A DNA stretch of 64,000 nt from Chrysemys picta bellii (GCF_011386835.1 NC_088807.1:25296001-25360000); one strand, 5' to 3'; positions 23,801-50,663 are shown, numbered from the stretch's first letter. A program made the numbers and translations. The notes: generated by a model not told the origin, from the letters alone.

Positions 23801-26402
23801 GTTTTGAAATTGGATTTCTTTATTTCGGGGCTAAAATTTGGCTTGGGAATTTGGTTCCCCTGCCAGTTCGGGTTCATTTTCTGTTCTCTCACGGTGGTTA
23901 CGTTATTTGAACAGGCTGTGTGAGATCGAGACAGAAATTACCCGCCGTTCCGCCTCGTGAGATAATGTCGTCATCTAAACAAGTCGAGATTTTCCCCCCA
24001 AAAGGCTCTTTTCTAACCAAAAAAATAATTGTTTGGAGCCCGTCCATTTTCTGGGTAATTTACAGTCGATTTCTTGCCTGGCGCCCGTTGTTTGCGGATG
24101 GGGTTCGGAAGCGAGTGACTGTCGAGCTGGGTGACGTTTTTCAGCCCGTGGCAGCGTGCGGCGGAGAGATTCTGCGGTGGGACCAGTCCTGGGGCTCTCC
24201 CCCGGTGGGGCGTCCCCATTGCAAAGCCTGGGCGGGCGATCACGCTGCATTGGGAACCTGGGTTTACAATTGCCGGCCCTGGGGCTCCCGGCTGAGACTG
24301 GGCTGCGTAGCCGGGGCTGAGGGTTTTCTGACCCTCTCCATGTGCGTGTGGACCGTCGAGGGGCCCGCACCTGACAGCGAGCCCAGGGCAGCGATGCTTT
24401 TGAGAGTCGCTCGGACTGGGGGGGCTGGCTGGGCTTGTGAAGCCACAGCCAGTGTTTCGCCGTTCGCCCCCCAGGGGCGTGTGGGCACCGCTAATTTATC
24501 CCCCTTCCCCCCGCAAAGTCGTAAGTTAAATCTCCACAAGCGGCAGTAGGGTCCCTTTTCACTCGCCGCGGCCACTCAGGTTAGCCGCCAAATTCAGCCC
24601 CCATAGGTAGGCCCGGCACAAATCGGCTTTCATTGATTTTAATAATTGCGTCAGATAACGGTTGGTTTTGAGCCCCTTTTATTCCAATTTTTTATTTTAT
24701 GGGTTGAAATGTTCTCAGGTGAGAAATTCTGGGTTTGAAGCATTTTTTTTTTTTAAATCCATTTACATTTTCCCAAGTGGGAACAACAGTGGAACGATCG
24801 TGGCCCCTGAGGTTTAGCCTGAATTCCCTCTGCGGATACTCTAGGATCAACCCCACACCTAGAGATACTCGCCTGCTCGGCTAAATTGGGGGGGTTAAGC
24901 ATTTTTATTTTAGTCTATTTCAATTTGCACAGTTGCGGGCAGTTACGGGGGAAAAGGGCAGGGATCGGGGGAGGGGAGACGATAATTATTTGATGACCCT
25001 GGACAGCGAGATTGAAAAATGTAAACTTCATACCCGTTAAAACAGCAACATCCCGTATCCAAGTCCCCGGAAATACACTAACGAGCGCTCCCGCCTGTCC
25101 ATTTCTAGTATTATCCCTTTTTCTTTTTGGTTCTGTGTGTCTGGGGAAATTGAGGCTTACCGGGATCGACCGCTAAAAATCGACTCCGTCCCGTTGGATT
25201 TGCGGTCGACGCGGTGGCAAATGAAAATTGAATCCCACCCTTCTAGTTCCTCCCTTTTTATTTCTGAGCAAGGTCTCAAACGTGAGGTCCAGGCCCGTCA
25301 ACGCTCTCGTTACGTCGCGGGGGGCTGGGCGAGATGTTACACCCACTTCCGGTCAGTCTCCAGGAGAGTTCTTCGCCGCCGCCATCTCTTGGAGAGGCGG
25401 CTGCAGTAGAGGGACGGGAAAACACCTTTTTACTCCCCTTTCGAAGGGAGTTAAATGAAGTGGCCTTAATTTAGTTTCAAGTCTCTCTACTCTAGTATCA
25501 AAGTGCAGCTGCAGGGAGGGTCCATAAGGCACCTATGAACCCAGCAATGCTGGCCACACTGTTCCTTCAGTTAGGGTGAGCTGTCCCCTTCCTCCATTTG
25601 TACCCCCCCAGACCGCTTGCCTTTAGTATCTCATGTCTTCTAGTATCTGCTGTCCCCACAACAATAGGAGGCAGTTTGGGTGTGCAGGATGTGGGGAGGG
25701 GAAACCCCAGTTTAAGGCTTGTATTGCAGCACCGGCCCTGTAGAGGGGATATGCAAATTACCCCCTAGGCAGAGCCGGAGTATGCAAACGAGGGAGGGCG
25801 TGGCCTGCATTACCAGGCTGCCCCTGTAGAGGGGGTTCTGCCCCCCCTCGCTGATGGTGCGTTTCCTTGCAGATCGGAGAGGCCGCGTCCTACACCCCGA
25901 GCAGGTCGGAGGAGACCGAGAGGTGAGATGGGGTCGTGGCGTGGTTGGGTACCCCTTGGGAGGGTGCTACCTGGCATTGAGCTGGGGCAATGGGGGGTGG
26001 GGGGTGGGGACGGTGTGGTTTGTGGGGGGTGCTGCTAGCCGTGGGGGCAGAAGTGGGGGAGATGCCAGGATGGGGGGAGCTGTGGGTGCTGGGGGGCTGT
26101 AAGCACTAACCGCTGCCCCCCCCTTTCTTTTTCCCTCGCCGAGCAGGGACGGCATCTCCTACCAGCGGGTCTGCCAGGCTCGCCCGGCCCCGCCCCCCAT
26201 GCGGGTGGAGCCGCGCCGCGCCATCCACCCCCTGCCCCGCGGGGGGCCGGGCGGGGCCGCAGGGGGAGGCTCCCGGCGCTTCCTGCCTCTCTGGCTTCAG
26301 CTGCTGCTCTTCGGGGTGCTCGCGGCCTTCCTGGTCTACGTGTACTGCGCCCTGCAGGGCGGCGCCGACGACAACCCGTTCGCGCTGCACCATGAGGAGT
26401 GA
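20824..26402 (+). CDS. EMD: Emerin (LEM domain, tail-anchored inner nuclear membrane protein), 247 aa, 7 coding exons
   Basis: Exons 20824-20905 (MERYRGLTDTELIAMLQRYGIAHGPVV), 21754-21846 (GSTRKLYERKICEYESQR...), 21948-22028, 22459-22539, 22799-22899 (DTESYEES...YG...ARQP), 25873-25922 (50 nt), 26147-26402 (RRAIHP...LPLWLQLLLFGVLAAFLVYVYCALQGGADDNPFALHHEE*). They sum to 744 nt in frame. The LEM domain, RRAI motif, PLWxQLLLF TM segment and NPF tail match emerin. Confidence 0.92.
20906..21660. repeat. G-rich VNTR filling EMD intron 1
   Basis: GGGGCGCTGCGGGGGGAGGGG followed by GACT or TATCGGGATGGGGGAAGTT, repeated more than 20 times. Confidence 0.95.
22023..22340 (+). repeat. 55 bp tandem repeat (about 6 units) in EMD intron 3 that includes the exon 3 donor site
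   Basis: CAGATGGTGAGA at 22023, 22078, 22133, 22188, 22243 and 22298. Confidence 0.95.
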
Positions 26403-26419
26403 GGGGGCACCCGGCCTGT

Positions 26420-27230
26420 CCCCTCTATGGGCCCACGACCCATTGCCCTGCCCCCCGACGCCCACGTCCCGTCTCTCAGCCCCCCTGTCCCGTCCCCCTC
26501 CTCCCCAGGCATCCCCAGGGGCCCACGTCCCGTCTCCCTGCCCCCCGACCCCCCAGGGGCCCACGTCCCATCTCCCTGCCCCCCGACCCCCCAGGGGCCC
26601 ATGTCCCGTCTCTCAGCCCCCCTGTCCTGTCCCTCTCCTCCCCGGGCATCCCCAGGGGCCCACGTCCCGTCTCCCTGCCCCCCGACCCCCCAGGGGCCCA
26701 TGTCCCGTCTCTCAGCCCCCCCGACGCCCCCAGGGGTCCACGTCCCATCTCTGTCCCCCCATCCTGTCTCCTCCCCCAGGGGCCCAGGTCCCCTCTCTCA
26801 GCCCCCCATCCTGTCCCCTCCTGCAGGGGCTCACCTCCCCTCTCTCAGCCCCCCTGTCCTGTCCCCCTCCTCCCCAGGGGCCCACGTCCCATCTCCCTGC
26901 CCCCCGACACCCCCAGGGGCCCACGTCCAGTCTCTCAGCCCCCCTGTCCTGTCCCCCTCCTCCCCAGGCACCCCAGGGGCCCACGTCCCATCTCCCTGCC
27001 CCCCGACACCCCCAGGGGCCCACGCCCCATCTCCCTGCCCCCCCGACGCCCCCAGGGGTCCACGTCCCATCTCTGTCCCCCCATCCTGTCTCCTCCCCCA
27101 GGGGCCCAGGTCCCCTCTCTCAGCCCCCCATCCTGTCCCCTCCTGCAGGGGCTCACCTCCCCTCTCTCAGCCCCCCTGTCCTGTCCCCCTCCCCCCGGGC
27201 ACCCCTGTCCCGTCTCTCAGCCCCCCGGCC
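26420..27230. repeat. C-rich VNTR in the EMD 3'UTR
   Basis: Recurrent CCCCAGGGGCCCACGTCCCATCTCCCTGCCCCCCGAC and CTCTCAGCCCCCCTGTCCTGTCCCC units. Confidence 0.9.
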
Positions 27231-27941
27231 CATCCCTGCAGGGCCCCCCGGCCAATCCCTCCTTTCCCCTCCCCTCTCTCCCAGGAACCTCTGTCTCCCC
27301 CTGTCATCTATGCCCTCCCCCATCATCTTCCAAAACCTCCCCCCCCATCATGGCCCTGTCCCCAATTCTGCCAGCTCCCTCCCCCCGTCCCTGCTCAGGG
27401 ATGGTTATTGGGGAGGGGCTCCACAGCTGCCCCCACCTCCAGCAGGCCGGGGTCCCTGCTGGTGCCTGGCGTGTTTACGTAGGGCCTACGCTAAGTGCCT
27501 CCCGGCTCTGCCCTGCCCTGTGCCTACCCCATTCCCCCAGGGGTTAACACTATGGTGGGGGAGGGGCCATGACCTGGGGGGGGGGGGGGGTCCCAACACA
27601 CACTGCAGCTCCTGCCTAATCCAGGATCATCTCTACCCCTCCCATGCTCCTCTCCACGCTCCCCCCGGAGCTCTTCTCCCCCTCCCCCACCCACCCTGCA
27701 GTCCTTCCACTCCTTTTTTGGGGGGGCAGGGAAACTAGACTGCTTCCCCCCCCCCAAGTGTCGGGGGGGCTGTTGCCTCCCTAGGGGAATGGGTGACCAA
27801 GTGGTGCTGGTTAGCTTTTGCTTTTGTTATCTGCTTGGGCAGGTGGTGGTGGAGCAGGGTCTGGGGGGGCGGGGGGGGGCTCTGCATTTTCCTAGCCAAG
27901 GGGTTTGCTTTTGAAACAAACCAGCCGTGTGGGAGCCACTC

Positions 27942-27947
27942 AATAAA
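27942..27947 (+). terminator. Candidate EMD polyadenylation signal AATAAA
   Basis: Followed by a T/G-rich tract (TTTTTTTGGTTGTTTTG), as expected for a downstream element. Confidence 0.65.
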
Positions 27948-28529
27948 ATTGGGGCTTTTTTTGGTTGTTTTGTAAAATTTGGGCTTGTTTGTTTGGGGGG
28001 GAAGTGCCCCAAGCCAACCACCCCCCCTATGTGTGATAGCCCCCCTGGAACCAGTCACCCCTCCTGCTACGGCAACTCCCCCCTCGAATAACACTGCACA
28101 GAGCCAGGACTCCTGGGTTCTCTCCCTGGCTCTGGGAGGGCTGGGCTCCAGGACTTCTGGGGGTGGGGTGGAGCTGGGAACCAGGACTCCTGGGTTCTCT
28201 CCCCAGCTCTGGCAGGGGAGTGGGGGTGGGGGGGATGTAATGGCGATTTTCAGCTGGTCTCCCGCCCACCTCAGAACAAAGTGCCACTGAAGTCGTAATT
28301 TAGCTTGTTGGCCCAAGCCGGCCGGGCCTTCCTGCGTCTAGGCCTAGAACCGCTGCCCGGCCGTGCGCCAATTCCGCCGCGGAGAGCTTAGCGGGAGCCT
28401 TCACCTGCCCGTGGGCCGAGCCCCAACCCCTCGGCTCTGAGTCCCATTCGACGGGGTTTGAAACACGGGCGGCTGAGACAGGAGCTGCTCTGGAAATGCC
28501 AGATTCCCCCACAGCTCACCCAAGGGGGT

Positions 28530-28580
28530 GTTAGCTGCTGTGCCTCAGTTTCCCCATCTATATAATGTGGATAGTACACC
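28530..28580 (+). mobile_element. MIR/CORE-SINE-like fragment
   Basis: GTGCCTCAGTTTCCCCATCT core. Similar cores at ~19595-19612 and, reversed, at ~20385-20400. Confidence 0.4.
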
Positions 28581-29419
28581 AGAGAGTGGGAGACGGGCTG
28601 TCCCAGAGATGTCTCTTCTCCACGGCCAGGCTGGTGGGTCTGGTTCTCATGCTCAGGATTACCAGACTTGGGGTGGAGAAGGGTTCCTCCCAAAATCAGC
28701 CGGGATGTTGGGAGATTTTTCACCTCCCCCTGCAGCCCAGGGCATGGCTCGTCTGGGCCTGTCGCACTGGGGGGCACCTCAGTCTCCCCCAGCCAACAAG
28801 CCATAGGGCTCAACCCCGGGGGAACTGAAGAGGCTTTGCCGAGGCCCCGCGTAGAAGAACTCGGCAAAGACACCGTCCGTCCAGGCTGAATTTGGACGAT
28901 CCCGTTCGTTCACTACTTGTTCTGGGCTCAAGTCACCGCTTCACCTGCTCTGTGCTCAGCTCAATAGCCGGAGCGCCGGGCGTCCCTCCCGCCAAGCCAC
29001 GTTTTCTAATCCTTGAATCATTCTCATGGCACTTCTCCGAAGCCTCCCCAACTGATCAACGTCCTTCTAGAGCCGTGGCTGCAGGATCGCCGCAGCGGTC
29101 ACACCAGGGCCGAATCCACCTACGCGAGCGTCCCCTCTCGGCACCCCAGGGGGGCATTGGCTCTTTCGGCCGCAGGTCGCACGGGCAGCTCCGCCACAAG
29201 CCCCCAGTCCCCCCCAGCAGGTCAGCACGGCCGGCGGTTTGTTCCCACTGAGCCGTGTTCAAACACGCTGTTCCCCAACGCTGCAGCTCGGGCGGTAGCA
29301 GCGACCCATCCTCTGTTATTTCCCGCGGCGGGGGCCGTGTCCATCATCCATTGACTTTTTACCACAGGGGTCAGGCAGACCCAAGGCAAACACCTTCCGG
29401 CGGTCAACATCGGTGACAT

Positions 29420-30350
29420 CTACATGAGTCCCTTTAGCGACCAAACCTGGGAGCTCATTACAAGAAATGAAGTTAATTTGACAGGATCTACTTTTTCTAA
29501 GCCCAGGTGCTTGGCGTTCATTATATTGCCGAGTCCTGTAGTGTCTGCTCTCTTACCTTCCCCGGGCTGAATATCCCGCATTCTCTTTCTTCCAGCCCGC
29601 TGGAGCGTCCCCTGTGCCCCACCCGTAATGAAAACCACCATTGCTGGGCCGGCCAGCTCTTTTCAAACTCTTGGCTGCGAGTTCTACGAGCCGGCCGCTC
29701 TAAAAATGTCCAACTTTGAGTAGCTGGTGTTTGATGTGCACCAGGGATCCTAGTGGAACGGAAGGAGGGTCCTCACTGTCCTTTTCTGCGTTATTATTGA
29801 TCATGGGGAAGGGCAGGTTAGGATCGTTGCGGGTGGGGCTGGGACCGCGTGCTGCCGGCTAGGCCCGCCCAGCGGGATGATGCCGTGATCACTGCTTGAG
29901 CTGGCAGGTGACACGCAGGTTGTCACCAGCCATCCCTTGGCGCGCGAGCATGACCTCGCTGCTCGCCTGGTGACCTGCCCGCAAGCCATCGTACTTCAAT
30001 CCGACCACCTGCACGTGTCTCGGTGTAGACCCTTAGCCCAGAGAGGAGATTGGCTGTTGGAACAGTGTAGCGAGGGGCAGACGTGCAGTAGGTGGCCTGT
30101 AGATTTCAGGCCACTTCTCCGGTTGGTCAAGACCAGTTTGAATTCTCCTCTCATCCCGTCCTCCGCAGACTTTGGGGGTACGCGCTGGGCTGGTACCCCG
30201 ACCTTTACAAAGATACTGAATAGAACAGACCCCTTGAGAACGACTCTGAGGAGACTTCCCACCAGTTGTGCACCTGCCTGCCAGGAGCTGAGGGAATACT
30301 GTAAGTTGGGACTTTCCGTAGCTGGGAACTTTTTTGGTGAAAACGGCATT
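29420..30350 (-). mobile_element. Decayed CR1 ORF2 (RT) fossil
   Basis: Minus ORF fragment VLKGSVLFSIFVKVGVPAQRVPPKSAED resembles GSVLGPxLFNIFINDL...KFADD. Heavily mutated. Confidence 0.6.
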
Positions 30351-31794
30351 GACCGTTTTCGGTCCTTGCTGCGGTTCCTTAAATTCCCGACAGCGTCTCC
30401 TCCTGCAAGGACAGGGTCTGGCTACAGCCCGAGCCCTGGGGCGGGAGCTAGAGCAGCTCGTTTCCAAACCTCCTGCCACCGAGTCGTCTGAGAGAGCTCG
30501 GCCCTGCCAGGTCCCGCCCAACTGCTGAAAACCGCTGTGGTGGGGGTCTCCTAACAGGCGGGGTGCTGAGAGGTTGGGACACTCGGTGTCTCAGTCACTT
30601 GGGCTCATGAATGGCCTCTCCTGTTGCCGTCTCGCTGCTGTTTGTACAGCGCCGTGTTTCCAGCCCGCTGCGTCTATTCCACGGCAGGCGAGGCCAGGCA
30701 GGAGCCGCCGCCGGGGAGCGGCCCGGGCCCCTGGCTCAGTGTGGCTGCGGTTGCCGCAGCCCCTGCAGCGGGTCTGTGGCCCCCTGGCACCACACAGCCT
30801 GAGTGGACTCCAAACACTGCTTCCCCCCCAGCCACCTGGGTCCTGCAGCTGTCACCTGCACCCAGCTGCTCTCTCCTTCTCCCTGCTCGGGATGCAGCCG
30901 CCGCCCCGGCATTTACACCCGGCCAATGGGCGGCGGGTCCAGCTGCGCATGTGCAGGGAAGCCTGGTTGGGTCTAAGACACTAGGTGGCAGCAGGGAGCC
31001 CTGGGGGGGATTGGGGGTCTCCTTGCTCCCAGGTCAGGCCGAGGATCCCGGCTCCACCTCCCCCCACAGGGGACCCAGTCGCAGGAGTCCCCCTCCCCGG
31101 TGCTCGACTGCCACGACTCTAGCGCCTAAGGCGGGGGGGGGCGCGTGAGGATATGGATGGAACAGGGACCCCCAAAGCTCCCTGGAGCGCCACTAATCGC
31201 TGAGACAGGCTGACCAAGCAGGGCAGAGCCGGTGGGGGACTGACCCTATGAGAAAAGGAGTAAAAAAATCTTCAATGAATCAAACACTGAACCCTCCAAG
31301 CTCTGGGGCTAGGCCGCCCCCTTGCGCAGTAAGGGCAGCGCCGCAGGAACACGCTGTGGAGGGTGAAATGCTCCAGGAACCCCAATAACAACAGGGGATT
31401 CCAGCTTGGCTGGGGCTGTGGCGCGTCCGGTGAGAGAGGATCCGGGCCGAGCTGAGCCACTGGCACCGAGCGACCGTCCCGTGATTCAATGTCACGATCC
31501 CACAGTGGGTCAGCTCAGAAAGGGAACTTGGTACGTGTGAATCCGACACAGGAGTGAGACGCCTGCAAGCTGCACGGAAACTCTTTCAAAACAGCGTGAA
31601 AGTCTCAGTCCAAACCTACACCCCACAGCCGTTAATCAGAGGGGAGCCCCCCGCCTGAGCCATTCTGTTCCGGGGACAGATCTGAGGAGTCTAGAGAGGC
31701 GGCTTGGGAAGAAATTAAACCGTAATAAGGCCCTAGAAACGTGGGATTCACCCATGAGTCCTGCAGGAACTCAGCTATGAAACTGCAGCACCAC

Positions 31795-32580
31795 TCGGGA
31801 TCTTGGTAAACTGAGAACTGGGCTAGAGAGAAGAAATGAAATACAGTGAAGAGGGGCTACGCTTTGGGAAGAAAAAGCAAGTGCACCAGTACAGAACGGG
31901 GGAGAACTGGCTGGGCAGCAGCGTTGCTGGGAGTTGTGGTGGATCACAACCTGAACAGGAGTCAGCAACGCGATGCTGTTGAAAAAAAAGCACGTACAAT
32001 TTTCGGTTGCATGAACAGAGGCGTGGCTGCAGGTCCCAGGAGGTGACAGTACGGCTCTGCTCGGCCCAGGCGAGGCCTCAGCTGGAGGAGGGTGTCCAGT
32101 TTTGGTCACCAATGCACAGAAAGGATGTGGAGACACTGGGTAGGACCAGAGGCGAGCGACAAAGCCGATCGAAGGGGTGGGACGCCAGCTACGTGAGCAA
32201 AGGCTGCAGGAAGTGGGAACGCTCAGTTTGGAAAAGAGATTAAGGGGGGACACGCGAGCGCTCTTCGACTACTCGAAAGGCTGCCATAGAAAAGATGGAG
32301 ACAGGTGGTTCTCGCTGGCCCCAGAGGGCAGGACGAGAGGCCGTGGGTTCGAACTACAGCACAGCAGACAGATTAAATCTCAGGGAAAACTTCCGGCCAG
32401 GAAGAGCAGGAGGACGATGGAAGCGAGGCCTCGGGAGGGCGTGGAAGCTCTTTCGAGGAAGGTTTCGAGCGGAGGCCAGAGCCATCTGTCTTGGATGGTT
32501 TAAATCCAGCGGCGTGGTCGGGGGTCAGACTAGGTGCCCCTGGCGGTCCCTTCTCACCCCACGGGTCGAGGAATCTACCC
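31795..32580 (+). mobile_element. CR1 LINE 3' fragment
   Basis: LGVVVDHNLNRSQQRDAVEKKARTIFGCMNRG and ARPQLEEGVQFWSPMHRKDVETL, followed by 3'-end-like sequence ending GAATCTA. Confidence 0.9.
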
Positions 32581-32739
32581 ACTCTGATGTGTGACCAGTC
32601 CAGACTAGCAGACTTGTGCAATGCAGATTTTGAAGAGAGGCGCCAGAGGCGATCCCGGCAGTCCCTGGCCGGGAAGCCTAACTTCAGTACCAGACACATG
32701 GGTTGAAACTCCAGCGAAGAACAGAACCATCGGCCACAT

Positions 32740-33400
32740 GATGCTGGGAAGAGTCAACACGGCTTTTGTAAAGGGAAAATCGCACCTCACCAGTCTCTTA
32801 GAGTTACAAGGGGTCTCTCTGCTCTGGGCGGAAGAAAGTCAATGTTGCTAAGGGCAAAGGAACGCACGTGGGTCACCGGGGCTAGTTCTCTGAAAGCATC
32901 CGCCCAATGTGCAGCGGTTGCCAGAAAAGCTACCGGCACATTGGGAACCATTAAGAGGGAGAGACAGTAAAACAGAAACTCTCACTGTTTAACTCCGCGG
33001 TTCGCCCCCTCCTGGAATACGGCAGGTCGCTCGGGACGGGCTGGATGGTGAGACATCGGGGAGGGGATGGAGAAGAGCCACGCGGGTTAGAAAACCTGCC
33101 CGAGAGCGAGAGACACCCGGAGCTCCAGCTGAGCGCAGAGGCGGCGACGTGATCCCAGTGGGGACCCAATAGTTAATAACTAACCCAAGCCAACGGCGGG
33201 CAGCTGAAACGAGCCAAATTCAACCTGGAAATAAGGTTTCACGCTGAGGGGAATTAAGCAGGGGAACAACTGACCAAGGGGCATGGCGGATTCTCCATCA
33301 CTGGCCGTTTCGAGCACCAGCTGGGCTGGATTTCTGAAAACTCGGCTCTAGGGATTATTTCGGGGCAGGTCTCCGAGGTCCTGTGTGCGCTGAGAATGTC
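32740..33400 (+). mobile_element. Second CR1 fragment with internal deletion
   Basis: CAACACGGCTTTTGTAAAGGGAAAATCGCACCTCACCAGTCTCTTAGAG (~QHGFVKGKSCLTNLLE), CCCCTCCTGGAATAC (~RPxLEY), and 3' GGATTCTCCATCACTGG...CTCTAGGGATTATTT. Confidence 0.75.
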
Positions 33401-34164
33401 ACAGACCCAAGGAAGCACGAGTTTTGAAGTTCACCAGTGGAACTCCTTGCATCATGATCCCCCCCCGGAGGTTTTAGAATTCAGTTATGAGCCCAAGGAG
33501 GGGGAGAACGGGGGCTGGCATTATGCAGATGGCATCGCCAAGCCAGGCTGCAGGCGGAGCCGGCGCTGGACACCCGCCCTGGTGCTCCCCCAAGACCCAT
33601 GGACTGGAAGGTGCGAGTGGAGCGATGCCACCGGCCGTGGGCATTGCGGCTGGTGAAATGGGCCCCAAGAGATGACGTGAGTTTGACGACACATATATGG
33701 GGAGGAAACCCATGGGAGCCCTGGTGGTGCCCCATTCCTGACCCGCAGCACCCTGCTGTCCTGGGAGCAGCCATAGCTTGGCCAGTGCCCCCCACTTGCC
33801 AACACGCCAAGGAGCCCCCACCCCCGAATTACTGTTGTCCCAGTTTCCACCTCTGTCCCTGCAGTTCCAGGCTCAACCCCACCCTGTTCTCCCCCGCGCC
33901 CACCACAGGCCAGAGCACTGGGGGCCAATCAGACCAGGGTGATGGAGGGGGGGGTGCTAAGCCTAGCCAAGCCCAGGGGAAACGGGGGCCAAGTAAACAA
34001 TTGAGATTCCCAGAATCGGGAGGTGGCTGAGATGCAGCCAGCTCTGGGGTGGAGCAGCTGGGGAACAGCCCAATATAACACAGCACAGGGATGAGGCGCC
34101 GAGATGCAGCCAGCTCTGGGCCCCCCCCCGGGACCCCCGGAAACAGCTCCATTAGCCTCCAAAG

Positions 34165-34170
34165 TTTAAT
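34165..34170 (-). terminator. Candidate KDM5C polyadenylation signal (ATTAAA on minus strand)
   Basis: TTTAAT on + strand, about 660 nt past the copy A stop codon. Confidence 0.4.
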
Positions 34171-34830
34171 AATAATAAAAAAATCATAATACAATAACGC
34201 CCCCCCACCCGCCCCCCCCATAGACAGTGATAGGAACACTAAAAAGAGACAGAGAGAGGTTTAGTGTCAGGGCTGGGGCCCCTAAGGGGTGTCATGGGGC
34301 GGGCTGGAAACAGACCAGGTTCCACCCCCCCCCAGCCCTGCCGCCCCCCTCACCACCCCCCGAAAAACCCCAAAGTGGTTCCCCCAATTCCTATAAAAAA
34401 CCCATCCAGGGCTGGAGAGGCAGCTGTGCAGCTCCGGGGAGGGGGGGGCAGGGCTGCAGTGTGTGTGTGTGTGTGTGGGGGGGAGGAATCTGTCCCCCCA
34501 GAGTCAGTCCAACCAGTGGGGGGCGCTGGTCCGGCCGATCTGGCTGTGCTGGTATCTCAGGGGTCCCCGAGACGTCCATGGTGAATCCGGAGGGGCACAG
34601 TTCTGGGGGGGCGGCGCCCCCTGGCCCCCCCACTCCCAGTCTCTGCACCGAGGTATCCATGATACAAAAGGAAGGATAACGTAAAATAATTACATCACTG
34701 GGCAGAGTCCGGGCCGGGGTCCCCGGCAGGGAGCGTCCTGGGGGGGGTCAGCTCCACCCCCTGCCCCCCCCCCCCCCACCAGTCAGGGCGCCATCACGTC
34801 AGCCGTCCGGTCCGGAGGAGGGGGCCGGCG

Positions 34831-48920
<14,090 letters not shown>

Positions 48921-48980
48921 CTGGGGGCAGGGAGGGGAGCAGTTCGCCTGGGTGTCGCCTCTCCAGCCCACGCGGCCACT

Positions 48981-49480
48981 NNNNNNNNNNNNNNNNNNNN
49001 NNNNNNNNNNNNNNNNNNNNNNNNNNNNNNNNNNNNNNNNNNNNNNNNNNNNNNNNNNNNNNNNNNNNNNNNNNNNNNNNNNNNNNNNNNNNNNNNNNNN
49101 NNNNNNNNNNNNNNNNNNNNNNNNNNNNNNNNNNNNNNNNNNNNNNNNNNNNNNNNNNNNNNNNNNNNNNNNNNNNNNNNNNNNNNNNNNNNNNNNNNNN
49201 NNNNNNNNNNNNNNNNNNNNNNNNNNNNNNNNNNNNNNNNNNNNNNNNNNNNNNNNNNNNNNNNNNNNNNNNNNNNNNNNNNNNNNNNNNNNNNNNNNNN
49301 NNNNNNNNNNNNNNNNNNNNNNNNNNNNNNNNNNNNNNNNNNNNNNNNNNNNNNNNNNNNNNNNNNNNNNNNNNNNNNNNNNNNNNNNNNNNNNNNNNNN
49401 NNNNNNNNNNNNNNNNNNNNNNNNNNNNNNNNNNNNNNNNNNNNNNNNNNNNNNNNNNNNNNNNNNNNNNNNNNNNNNNN
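48981..49480. other. Assembly gap (500 N, true size unknown)
   Basis: Exactly 500 N, at the centre of the inverted KDM5C pair. KDM5C exon 1 and the promoter are absent from the window. Confidence 1.
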
Positions 49481-50663
49481 GGCTTCCTCTTCCATCCTCC
49501 CAGCTGGGCTATTGTGATGGCTCTGGCCTGGCCTCTTCTCCTCCCCGACAGCCGGGCAAGTGGGCTCGCTGGGTGGGGGGAGGGGATCTGGGGCTTGGGG
49601 GGGGCAGATCCAAAAGTGGGGGGCTTCCCTGGGGAGGATCTTTGGGGCAGCTCACTGGTCCCATCCCTCCCTGGCCCTGTCTCGGTTAGATCCGGTCGGC
49701 GCAGGGCATTGGAAGGATAGGTTTGAATTCGGCCTGCGTCAGTTTCAGTGGCCTGCGTCGGTTTCGCCTGCCTGCCTGGGTTGCGCATCGGATCCAGAGG
49801 CTGGGGTCCCCCCCTTTCAGAAATGGGGGTGAGGGGAGCGATTGCCTGGCTGGGCTAGTGAACGCTGTGCTGGGCTCCTGACGCCATTGGCTGCCGTCCC
49901 CCTCCCTTGCCCCCCCCCCCTCCCGAAAGATGCTTGATTTGGCCACTGGAGTGCCGGGAAAGGCTCCTGCTGGTCGCAGACCCGGGCAGCCGTGGTCTGA
50001 GATCTCGGGTACCGGGAGAGAGATTTTAGGGTTATAAACTGGTATGTTTACCCCAGAGGTGGCTGCATCTCCTGTCCCTGTGCAGTGTTCTGTGTGGCTG
50101 TTCCCAGCCACCCCACCCAAGAGGTGGCTGCATCTCCGTGCCGGGCAACCTGTCCCTGTGCAGTGTTATGTGCGGCTGTTCCCAGCTGCCTGGTCCCTGT
50201 CCTAGAGGGAGCTGCAGTCCCATGCCGGGGGAAATGCAGATATTTTTGGATAAAGCTTTGCCTGGCCTTAGGGGTGCTAACCCTGGGGTCGGGGCAGGTG
50301 CCCCCTGGCACCAGCGGGCTGGGATGGGAGAGGTGTCCAGTCTGCTCTCAGCCATCTGCCCTCCCTTAGCTCCCCTCCCTGCCGGCGTGGAGGCGCGAGG
50401 TGGTCCTGGCAACAGACATCTTCCTGCCCCCCACTGGAGGGGGACGGACCCTGCTCTGTGTGAGCCCTGATCCCCTCCCTGGGGGCCTGCAGCCCAGCGT
50501 CCCATCCGAGCATGGCCAGGCATGTTCGATCAGGCGATACCCGTTGGCAGAGGGCTGTCCCTGCGGACGGTGCTTGGGAAGAATCTTGGGGGGTCCGAAG
50601 GCAGCGTCGTCTGCTCCAGTAGCCTTTCGTACTAAGCCCCCTCCTTTTCCCGTCTCTCCCCAG

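Noticed and set aside
23920-24549. 209 aa plus-strand ORF in EMD intron 5
   Set aside because: No recognisable domain, non-ATG start, and it overlaps repeat-like sequence.
22900-25872. Possible intronic snoRNA or tRNA-like elements in EMD intron 5
   Set aside because: No convincing paired C/D or H/ACA boxes with terminal stems, and no cloverleaf found by eye. An Infernal/Rfam scan would settle it.
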